From NCBI GenBank assembly GCA_030390025.1, contig CM059430.1, positions 61,194,001 through 61,258,000 of the forward strand: DNA of 64,000 nucleotides, written 5' to 3'. Within the stretch, counting starts at the first letter, position 1. The number at the start of each line of letters is the position of its first letter. The position numbers and the translations under genes were made by a program. This document shows positions 53,975 through 64,000 of the stretch, in pieces. This stretch comes from Squalus acanthias (lineage: Eukaryota). Below the pieces are notes generated by a model. It was not told the DNA's origin and did not search any database. It saw nothing but the letters and a program-made list of their open reading frames with translations.

Positions 53975-54283
53975 CTGCCGCCGCCGCCGACGTGAATCAG
54001 ATGCTTGATAACAGCGATACAATCACAGGAGCGACCGTGACTTTCCACTGCTTGTTCCCCCTGTTCAAAGATAAAAATAAAATAGCAGTCCGTTGGTGGA
54101 AAGATGGTGAGCGGGAATTCTTAAACTCAAGACAAGATCCCAGGAGAAGCTTCCAGGTTGAGAGTAAAGCGAGCGCCACGTTGCGCCTTCGGGACGTGCG
54201 TTTCGGAGACGCTGGACTCTATTATTGCAGAGTGGAAGGGGAATATATTGGAAATGGAACCGGAGTAAAGCTTAATGTAAAGG
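53975..54283 (+). CDS. Single-exon VJ-type Ig V domain (non-rearranging; NKp30/NCR3- or VJ-C1-like receptor)
   Basis: TTTATAG| GATVTFHC...VRWWK...ATLRLRDVRFGDAGLYYC...IGNGTGVKLNV |GTGAGT: B-strand Cys, C-strand Trp, DxGxYxC and J-like GxGT in one exon; phase 1-1. Confidence 0.9.
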
Positions 54284-54351
54284 GTGAGTGATCATTCTCA
54301 GTGACTTGGAGAAACAGGGCAGTTACAGCTGTTTATACAAATATTAGAAAT

Positions 54352-54785
54352 CGGGGCCAGTGAGAAAGAATAGCGGCCGGTGAGAGAGAATAGCGGGCCA
54401 GTGAGAGAGAATAGCGGACCAGTGAGATAGGACACTGGGCCAGTGAGAGAGAATAGCGGGCCAGTGAGATAGGACACTGGGCCAGTGAGAGAGAATAACG
54501 GGCCAGTGAGAGAGAATAGCGGACCAGTGAGATAGGACACTGGGCCAGTGAGAGAGAATAGCGGGCCAGTGAGATAGGACACTGGGCCAGTGAGAGAGAA
54601 TAGCGGACCAGTGAGAGAGAATAGCGGACCAGTGAGATAGGACACTGGGCCAGTGAGAGAGAATAGCGGACCAGTGAGATAGGACACTGGGCCAGTGAGA
54701 GAGAATAGCGGGCCAGTGAGATAGGACACTGGGCCAGTGAGAGAGAATAGCGGGCCAGTGAGATAGAATAGTGGGCCAGTGAGAT
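54352..54785 (+). repeat. 21-bp minisatellite, ~20 units, two interleaved unit types
   Basis: Units CCAGTGAGAGAGAATAGCGG(G/A) and CCAGTGAGATAGGACACTGGG. Confidence 0.95.
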
Positions 54786-56290
54786 AAGTCAGAGGGATGG
54801 AGTGAGAGAACGGCTGGGACGGATAAAGCGAATTGTCATTAATTTCTCATTTGTGACTCTTCATTATGATACACTCAAAGAATAACCAGTGCACGGCAGA
54901 CCGTTGTGGCGGTGACTGGGGAGCTGACAGAACTCTGGTGCAGCTGTAGCCAGGATCAGTCACTGTGGCCACGGAAGGTCGGGGGCTTTTGTTGCTCAAT
55001 ACAGTCTGGTGAAGGTTGAGAGAAGAAAGCCGAGAGCGGAGTTCGTCTATTGTTACCGCAGGCTCCTGCCTTAACAGCTATTTCGACATCATTTACTGCA
55101 GAATATAAAAAGCTTTTTTAAAGTATATTCCACAATTGTCTCTGGTCAAGATGTCGGTGTGAAATGAAACAAGCGTTTCCCGTTATCCATCACCTCCTGT
55201 CCGGTGAAATCGCTGACTTGCCCTCCAGTCTTCCATGTTTTACATTAGAATGAAATGTGGTAGTTTAAATAGTTTAAACATCTCATATTATTACCCCTTA
55301 AAAAAAGTTAGTCGGGGTTTTCCGAACGGAAAATCGCGGGCTGGGCAGCGCAGAAGCGGAAACCTCGGCCAAGTCTTTGCCTGGATGGCCGCGAATCGGA
55401 AATATTTCAACTCTTATCGGGCAACATTTCTGTAAGGGAAACTGCAATGTTTTCTGCAGATTAGTGGCTTTAAAAAGACCCGTCCGCTTTGATTTAGTTA
55501 CAATATCCTGTAGTGTAAGGCGCTCGGCGGTGGAAGGGAATCTCACCCATGAAAACAGAATTGAAAGTAACCTGGGAATTTCAAGGCTCTTGTCCAGGGT
55601 ACATTGAGAATCTGCCAGCGGAACTGAAGCCAATAACATAGATACCATAGTCCACGGGAGGGTGAAGCAATTATTAATTGTAAATGACCCCGGGGTAGGA
55701 TACTGCCTGACCTGCCTGACCTGCTGAGTGTTTCCAGCATTTTCTGTTGTTACAGGGCAATTAGGGATGGGCAACAAATGCTGGCCTTGCCAGCGACGCC
55801 CACATCCCATAAATGAATTAAAAACAATTAGGATTTCCCTCTTCCCGCCGGCGAAGACAAGAGTAGAGATTTCCTCTAGCTGGGTATTTCGAGCGAAATG
55901 GTTGACACGATGTTTTTACCAGTTTGCTCCAAATAACCAACGAGTAGATTCTCTCAAATGTAATTCCACACAGGGATCAAAAGAATTCTTCAGGGAAAGC
56001 GGGTTGCTACCGGATTATGGCATTCCGCCGACTCCAGTTATTGCACCATCCATGCCATCAGACGGTGCTGTAAATCAAACATGAAAAACATTAGCGCGAC
56101 ATTTTGCTATCCTATTCATTGGCACAGTCTGTATTGAGTTCTTCTGCCTTCATTTAATTAAAAAAAATGCTGAATAGATGTATAACAGGCGGCTGATCCA
56201 ATATTGTCCATTTTAAACAATCGCCAAAAATTTAAAATTACCCTCCGTGAATTCAGAGGGACGTTTCTCTAAGTAGTCTGTGAAGAAAGT

Positions 56291-56405
56291 GGGCTTAATT
56301 TTGACTTTGTGCATTCGTGTAAAGGGATGATAACGAATCGACAGCTCACTTTACAACTCTCTCAAGTTTTATTTCCATTGACCGCACAAAGTTAAAATTG
56401 CCCCC
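56291..56405. mobile_element. 115-bp Harbinger-type MITE
   Basis: GGGCTTAATTTTGACTTTGTGC / GCACAAAGTTAAAATTGCCCCC; TSD AGT. Confidence 0.75.
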
Positions 56406-57289
56406 AGTGGTCCTTAACTATTGAAAATTATTATAACAAATTGCAACTCATTGGCTGTCCAAACCCCTGTATTAATGGGTCACTTTATTGGAGGCCCACG
56501 GACCATATATAAGGAATCACAATAATAAGCACCGAAGTTCCAGAATTAAACAGGAGAGCAATTCCTCCCTAAACTGAGTTACAAAATCTATTTTAAGGTG
56601 TGCTGCGGCTGTTATTTCAAGAGTGGCCTTCAAGAGGGTGAGTCTCTCAACGGGGAAAGGATTGCAAGGACTCGTCCACTGCATCTGGCCCGCCGGCTCT
56701 AGCATGCACTCCTCTGGTCTAAGTGAAACACCTATTGGATTAGTCCTAAATCTAATTAACAAACCCTCGGATCCCTGAAAAGTAATAGGAAATATCATTC
56801 CAAACAGAAAATTTAGTATTTAAATGTTAAAACATATAACCATTCAGCTTCCTGTCAAATGTATGTTCCTCCCAAACTGTTAACGGACAATTTAATGGGT
56901 CCAAACCCAACCATTGACCTCACATTAGTGTTTCAAACATTGACGCGGTCCAGAAGAACAGCTCTAATGAGTAGAGATGCCAACTGTAATTGGGTAAGAA
57001 AATTCAAGGTCCAATTTTGGGACATTGGAGCTTTAATCATCATTTGAATCAGGGCCACATTGGAGATCAGGCGTGGGAATTATTTTGTTATACAAACTAT
57101 GTCCTGTAATTTATGATCTTAGCATATCCTGTTTAGCTTCCAGCTGTTTCTCACTGGTTTCTTATTTCCATTATTCGATGGGATGTTGGTGTAGTTTAAA
57201 AGTACTGTCACTGGCCTGAGGTCAAACAGCCCCCGTTGTAAATGCAAAGAATGTGACGACTCAAACTCAAAGAGGATAAATCCCCATGT

Positions 57290-58835
57290 CAAGATGGATT
57301 GCATCCACGCATTTTAAAAGAATCTAGGGAAGAGATAGCAGAGGCATTACTACACATATTTAATAATTCGTTAGAAGAAGGTGTAGTGCCAGAGGACTGG
57401 CGGATAGCTAACGTTATACCTATATTTAAGAAGGGGGATAGAACATGTCCAGGGAATTGTAGACCAGTCAGCTTAACATCGGTGGCAGGAAAAATAATGG
57501 ATCCCTACTAAAGGAGAAAATAGAAGAACATCTAGAAACCAAAAATATAATAATGAATAGTCAGCATGGATTTCAAAAGGGAAAGTCTTGCTTGACCAAC
57601 CCAATTGAATTTTTTGAAGAGGTAACAGAGAGAGTAGACAATGGTAGTGCAGTAGATGTAATTTATCGAGATTTTCAAAAAGTCTTCCATAAGGTACCCC
57701 ATAACAGACTGATGAACAAGGTCAGAAATTGCAGAGTCAGGGGACAAGTAGCAGAATGGATAGCTAGCTGGCTTCAAGACAGAAAGCAGAGAGTAGGGGT
57801 AAAAGGTAGTGGCAGAAGGTGGGCAGTGGTGTTCCACAAGGATCAGTGCTGGGACCACTGTTGTTCACAATTTTTATTAACGATTTAGACTTTGGAATCA
57901 AAAACACAATTTCTAAATTTGCGGATGACACCAAATGGGCGGGGGGGATAGTCAATACTGAGGAGGACTGCAACAAATTAGAGGAGGATATTAATAAACT
58001 TACAGAATGGGCATATAATTGGCAAATGAAGTTCAATACAGATAAATGTGAGGTATTACATTTTGATAGGAAGAATAGGGAGGTCACTTATCACTTGGAG
58101 GGTGCGAGTCTAGGTGGGGTAGAGGAACAAAGGGATCTTGGAGTACAAATATACAAATCACTAAAAGTTGCGGCACAGGTTAGCAAGGCCATAAAAAAAG
58201 CAAGCACTGAGGTTTATTTCTAGAGGTATAGAATTGAAAAGTAGGGAAGTTATGCTAAACCTGTATCGAACCTTGGTTAGACCACAGTACTGCGTGCAGT
58301 TCTGGTCGCCATATTATAAAAAGAAAAGAGGCACTGGAGAGGGTCCAGAGAAGATTTACAAGGATGATACCAGAAATGCGAGGGTATACATATCAGGAAA
58401 GGATGAACAGGCTGGGTCTCTTTTCTCTTGAAAAAAGGCTGAGGGGTGACCTAATAGAGGTCTTTAAAATTATGAAAGGTTTTGATAAAGTGGATACAGA
58501 GAGAATGTTTCCACTTGTGGGGAAGAGCATAACTAGAGGCCATCAATATCAGATAGTCACCAAGAAATCCAATAGGGAATTCAGAAGAAACTTCTTTACC
58601 CAAAGAGTGGTGAGAGTGTGGAACTCGTTACCACAGTGAGTGGTTGAAGCGAAAAGTATAGATGCATTTAAGGGGAGGCTAGATAAGCATATGAGGGAGA
58701 AGGGCATAGAGGGTTATGCTGATAGATTTAGATGAGGAAAGACAGAGGGAGGCTCGAGTGGAGAATAAACACCGGCATGGACTGGTTGGGCCGAATGGCC
58801 TGTTTCTGTGCCGTATATCTTATGTAATCCTATGT
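57290..58835 (+). mobile_element. 5'-truncated, frameshifted CR1
   Basis: ORFs 57299..57511, 57553..57888, 57819..58223, 58364..58639. Confidence 0.92.
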
Positions 58836-59516
58836 AGACTTTTATACAGTCATTTTCTTCAGCATTCCTCTTTTACCGTAACGTTCAATATATCTTGAGA
58901 TAAAGAGAATTGACAGACTCACCATTCAACCCATCAGCCTATCTTTAACCCATCGCACCAAGCTATTGATTAATTAAAGGATGCTTCATATTGTTGAAAG
59001 TAAATTATTTATAGTATAGAATTACATAGATATAATGGGAAAAAGGCCGTTCGGCCCACCTAGTTGGTGTTGGTCTTTATTCTCCACATAAGCAGTAGTC
59101 CTTATCCCAAATACCTGTCCTTTTCCCATATCCCTTTATCTCCTTTTGTTCACCCACCATTCTAACCTATTATAAGTTAACATGGTCTCTGCTTCAATCA
59201 CTAACTCCAGTAGTGCATTCATTCTACTGCCTCACAATCCTGTCAAAAAAATGTTTTTTCTGCCCTTTGTCCTAAATCTCTCATATTTAATCTTATATCT
59301 ATATCTCCTGGTTCTAGGCTAATTTATTATAGTTTCATGGATTTGCTTTAAGTCTAGATGCAGATGTTCTTACTTATTGGCCATGGTTCAGTGGTAGCAC
59401 TCTTGGGTGTGAGTTCAAGCTGCACTCCAGGGTCTTGAGCACATAATCTAGGCTGAAACTTCAGCGCAGTACAGACGGAGCGTTAAAGCAAGTACGTGAA
59501 GGCCCACTCGGGTGGA

Positions 59517-61310
59517 ATCATAGAAATTTATGACACAGAAGGAGGCCATTTGACCCATCATATCTGTGCCAGCCGAAAAAGAACTATACAGCCTAATCCC
59601 ACTTTCCAGCTCTTGGTCCCAAGTCTTGCAGGTTACAACACCTCGAGTGCATATCCAAGTACTTTTTAAATGTGGTGAGGGTTTCTGCCTCTAGCACCCT
59701 TTCAGACAGTGAGTTCCAGACCCCCACCACCCTCTGGGAGAAAACATTTCTCCTCAACCACCCTCTAATCCTTCTACCACTTACTTTAAATCTATGCCTG
59801 CTGGTTATTAACCTCTCTACTAAGGGAAATAAGTTCTTCCTATCCACTCTATCTAGGCCCCTCATAATTTTATACACCTCAATTAAATCCCCTCTCAGTC
59901 TTCTCTGTTCCAAAGAAAACAACCCCAGCCTATCCAATCCTTCCTCATAGCTAAAATTCTCCAGTCCAGGCAACATCCTCGTAAATCTCCTCTGTACCAT
60001 CTCTAGTGCGATCACATCCTTTCTGTAATGTGGTGACCAGAACTGTACACAGTACTCTAGCTGTGGCCTAACTAGTGTTTTATACAGTTCTAGCATAACC
60101 TTCCTGCTCTTATTATATTCTAGGCCTTGGCTAATAAAGGCAAGCATTCCATATGCCTTCTTAACCACCTTATCTACCTGTCCTGCTACCTTCAGGGATC
60201 TGTGGACATGCACTCCAAAGTTCTTCTGTTCCTCTACCTTTCTCAGTATCCTACCATTTATTGTGTATTCCCTTGTCTTGCATTACCACACACTTCTCTG
60301 GATTGAATTCCATTTGCTACTTTTGCCCACCTCACCAGTCCATTGATATCTTCCTGCAGTCCACAGCTTCCTTCCTCACTATCAACCACACAGCTAATTT
60401 TTGTATCATTTGCAACTTTTTAATCATGCCCCCTACATTTAAGTCTAAATCATTGATAGATACCACAAAAAGCAAGGGACCTAGTACTGAACCTTGCGGA
60501 ACCCCACTGGAAACAGCTTTCCAGTCACAAACACCCGTCGACTATTACCCGTTGCTTCCTGCCGCTGAGCCAATTTTGGGTCCAACTTGCCACTTTCCCT
60601 TGGATCCCATGGGCTTTTACTTTTCTGACCAGTCTGCCATGTGGGACCTTATGAAAAGCCTTGCTAAAATCCATATAGACTACATCAAACGTGCTACCCT
60701 CATCGACCCTCCTTGTTATCTCCTCAAAAAATTCAATCAAGTTAGTCAGACACGACCATCCCTTAATGAATCCATGGTGACTGTCCTTGATTAATCTGTG
60801 CCTTTCTAAATGACAATTAATACGGTCCCTCAGAATTTGTTCCAATAATTTGCCCACCACCGCGATCAGGCTGACTGGCCTGTAGTTACTCGGTCTATCC
60901 CTTTCTCCCTTTTTAAACAACAGTACAATGTTAGCAGTCCTCTGGCACCATGTCTGTAGCCAGAGAGGATTGAAAAATGATGGTCAGAGCCTCAGCTATT
61001 TCCTCCCTTGCTTCTCTTAACAGCCTGGGATACATTTCATCTGGGCCTGGTTATTTATCTAATCTCAAAAGATGCTAAACCCCTTAATAGTTAGTCTCTC
61101 ACTATGTTTACCCATCCAATATTTCACACTCCTCCTTAACTACAATGTCTGCTTCGTCCCCCTCTTTTGTAAAGACAGACGCAAAGTATTCATTAAGAAC
61201 CATAGCCACATCTTCCGTCTCCACACACAGGTTACCTTTTTGGTCTCTAATAGGCCCTATTCTTTCCTTAGTTATCCTCTTGCTCTTTGTGTAATTATAA
61301 AACATCTTTG
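59517..61310 (-). mobile_element. CR1 LINE inserted into a tRNA-derived SINE
   Basis: ORFs 61108..61374, 60525..60920, 59593..60213; SINE halves ...GGTGGA | GTAAAAGATCCCATGG rejoin as in the copies at ~20816 and ~49940. Confidence 0.9.
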
Positions 61311-62304
61311 TAAAAGATCCCATGGTACTATTTGAAGAAGAGCAGGGTTGTTGTCTCACTGTCCTGGCCAACATTTATCCCTCAATCAACACCATCAAAA
61401 ACTGGTCATTTATCTCATCACTGTTTGTGGGAACTCTCTGTGGACAACTTGGTTTTGTTAGCTGCCAGATGCTTTTGGAACATCATGAAAGATGCTAAAT
61501 AAATGCAAGTTCTGCTTTGACAGTAATGTGAATTTCATCTGACAATAGGAACAATTCAGGTGCAAATATTTTAGCTCCTGAGAAAATATAACATCTCAAA
61601 GCTTAGCACTCTTTTTGTGATTTTTAAAAAATAAAAATGTGCTCATCAAGGTTAATGCTGGAGAATGGAGCTCTTCCCATTTCTGGCACCCAATGTTAGC
61701 ATCAAACACTCCCAGATCAGGTACAGTATAGCCAATGCACAGTAAAACTCTCTTCGCTCTGCTCCAACCACCTGCTCCAGCCCTGATCTTGGAAGAGCAC
61801 CCCTCTACTACAGCAGTGTGGATTTTTTTCCATCTTTCATAGCAGCTAGACTGTGGTCTCTCTGTGTGCCATTGCCAATTAGTGTGGCTTTAGGGACAGC
61901 TTTGTGTTGTAAACCCATGCCCACTAGCAACTTGACAGACTGCACAAGTTCATTTCACATATGACCTTTACAGCTGGCAGTCAGAGGGTATTCTTATCCC
62001 ATCAATCTGCGAGGAATTTGAACCCAGATCCCGGAAGAAAAAGGCCAGTGCCTAAACCACTATGGCACCCATTTCCCTGTTTGCTGCAAGCAGTTGATAT
62101 CATGATAGGCATGTTGTTTGTGATACTCGTTACACTAGAAATTGGTTGAATATGAAGGAGCCAATCACAAATATCTAGGGGTAATATTACCTATGGGTGA
62201 TATTGAATAAGCCGCCCTTTATACACCAAGCCCGATTTTCCTTTTCTTTGAAATCAATTAAAGGGAACATTGGACGTGGCTATAGTGGGCAATCAATTCA
62301 ATAT

Positions 62305-62652
62305 CATAGAGTCATAGTCATAGAGTCAGAACGGCACAGAAGGAGGCCATTCGGCTCATCGAGTCCGTGCCGGCTCTCTGTAGAGCAATCCAGTCAGTCC
62401 CATTCCCCCGCTCAATCCCCGTAGCCCTGCAAGTTTATTTCCCTCAAGTGCCTATCCAGTCTCCCCTTGAAAACATTGTGTCTCCCCTTCCACCACTTCC
62501 GTCGACAGCGAGTTCCAGGTCCTCATCACTCGCTGCGTAAAAAAGTTTTTCCTCACATCCCCCCTATATCTCTTGCCCAAAACCTTAAATCTGTGTCCCC
62601 TAGTCCTTGTACCATCAACTAGTGGGAACAGCCTTTCCCCGTCTAACCTTGC
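62305..62652 (-). mobile_element. CR1 3' end
   Basis: ORF 62452..62706 (TRGHRFKV..NFFTQRV); tail CATAGAGTCATAG. Confidence 0.85.
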
Positions 62653-63083
62653 CAATTTCACACCATCACTCAAAGTTAAAATTACTCCATAGGTCTTTAA
62701 ACCCAAGTATTGCAGACAAACTTTTCAATTTAAATAATGAAATACACAGTGTGGAGAAACAAAATGCTAGAGGGGAGACATTTTCTCTGTGCGCTATAGG
62801 TAGCGGAATGGTAAGTGCATTACTCCTGGGTGAGAAGCTGGCAGGCTGCCTGCCCAGGAGTCTCAATGGGAGGCCTGGCTGATATTAACGGCCGGGCCTC
62901 ATACGCATCCCTGCCGACCAGCTGCCCGCAGGCAGCAAATGGGTGTGAGGAGGTAGTCGCCCGGCTGCCAGCAGGCATAGATCAGGCAGCCCAGAGGCCT
63001 CCTGCTGTCTTTGGTCCGAGTTCCTAGTAAAATTGTAATGTATTCTTTATGATTTAAATAAAATTACCAACCAGAGGAAATCT

Positions 63084-64000
63084 TTATGACTACGGTTACG
63101 TGGTGCTACACATAAGGATCACAGTAATCCCCACACCCCCCCGTGCATTTTGGCACTGAGCAGCATGCAGTATTTAAAATGGAATTCAGACTGTTTTTCT
63201 GAACTTTTGCCTTTTCATATTAATTTTATCTTTCTGCTTTGTATCACTTTGTGTCTTAGAGACGTGCAAACATAATTAAAATACAAAATTTAGAATCCAT
63301 GTTGACTTGAACATTTTCACAAAACTGGAGTTGGGTTTGGGGGAAGGATTCTACAGGGTCTCGCAGTTGGGAAGTGGGGGTGCTCAGGGCACCAGAGGCC
63401 AAGGCTTTTCTTGTGGGGTCCAGAGGAGCGCTCCTGCTCCTCCTAGCCCAACATAGATAAGTTTAAAACGCTTATTCCCTGGTAGATTTTACTGAGCTGG
63501 GTGCCCACGGTGGGTGCTCTGCTCAGTATTCCGTTAAAATGCCATTGGGGTCCTATGCACATAATTGGATCCTGATTACTGTATATTAACGAGGCTCCTG
63601 TCCAAATTCAGGAGAGAGTCACCCACCGGCAAAAAGGTTAAATGTGCTGTAGAGCGCGATTGGAGCAGCAAATAATAGAGCTGCTCGATTTTAAATCCCG
63701 CTTGGGTAGAGGGAGTTGAAATTCCTCCTGTTGTCCTGCTTTAAGGCCACTTACCTCCAGTATTGTGAAAATGTTCGAATCAACATGGATTCTAAATTTT
63801 GTATTTTAATAATGTTTACACGTCTCTGAGACACAAAGTGATTCAAATGAGAAAGATACAATTAATATGAAAAGGTAAAAGTTCAGAAAAACAGTCTGAG
63901 TTCCATTTTAAATACTGCATGCTGCTCAGTGCCAAAATGCACGGGGGGTGTGGGGATTACTGTGATCCTTATGTGTAGCACCACGTAACCGTAGTCATAA
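63084..64000. repeat. Long inverted repeat: arms 63084-63330 and 63755-64000 (right arm truncated by the window end), ~425-bp spacer
   Basis: TTATGACTACGGTTACGTGGTGCTACACATAAGG... is the reverse complement of the window's last bases. Confidence 0.95.

Noticed and set aside
54298-54785. CRISPR-like array or repetitive protein (ORF 54298..54729)
   Set aside because: Eukaryotic context, no unique spacers, no cas genes; the ORF is simply a stop-free frame of a 21-bp repeat
54961-54967. CACTGTG heptamer as a J-type RSS
   Set aside because: No nonamer at 12 or 23 bp and no J segment follows
56015-56640. Candidate next exons of the Ig gene (IPPTPVI at ~56020; short AG..GT segment ~56600-56637)
   Set aside because: The first has no acceptor and stops quickly; the second has no recognisable C1 or TM content
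738-60794. Many short ORFs such as ...[20 protein letters not shown]...
   Set aside because: Recurring antisense readings of CR1 ORF2, not host genes
62070-62149. Phase-1 exon VDIMIGMLFVILVTLEIG as the Ig gene's transmembrane segment
   Set aside because: Hydrophobic run too short, no stalk or basic stop-transfer residues, and it lies next to repeat-derived sequence

Overview
Vertebrate genomic DNA whose repeat content (dense CR1 LINEs, L2, tRNA-derived Deu-type SINEs, PIF/Harbinger elements and MITEs, Penelope-derived hairpins) points to a cartilaginous fish; the taxon is inferred and the species is not determined. One complete gene is resolved: a 13-exon OGFOD1 (+, CDS 20375..47029, 1668 nt, 555 aa). 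All its introns are GT-AG and phase-consistent, the Fe(II) triad is intact, and the CpG-rich promoter carries a ZNF143-type motif. Downstream are the leader and single VJ-type Ig V exon of a non-rearranging antigen-receptor-like (NKp30/VJ-C1-like) gene (53374..54283); its later exons could not be placed. The most unusual items are: (i) an uninterrupted 619-codon, endonuclease-less CR1 RT ORF inside a CpG-rich MITE in OGFOD1 intron 7, whose ATG appears to be created by the junction; (ii) two TSD-flanked fold-back Penelope-derived insertions with minimal hammerhead ribozyme motifs; (iii) the germline-joined VJ Ig gene with an adjacent 21-bp minisatellite; (iv) a diverged local duplication carrying promoter motifs and matching micro-exon structure (7.9 kb and 11.7 kb); (v) a ~250-bp-arm inverted repeat running off the window end. 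Most listed ORFs are TE fragments or their antisense shadows. Exon coordinates were counted by hand; most TE boundaries are approximate.
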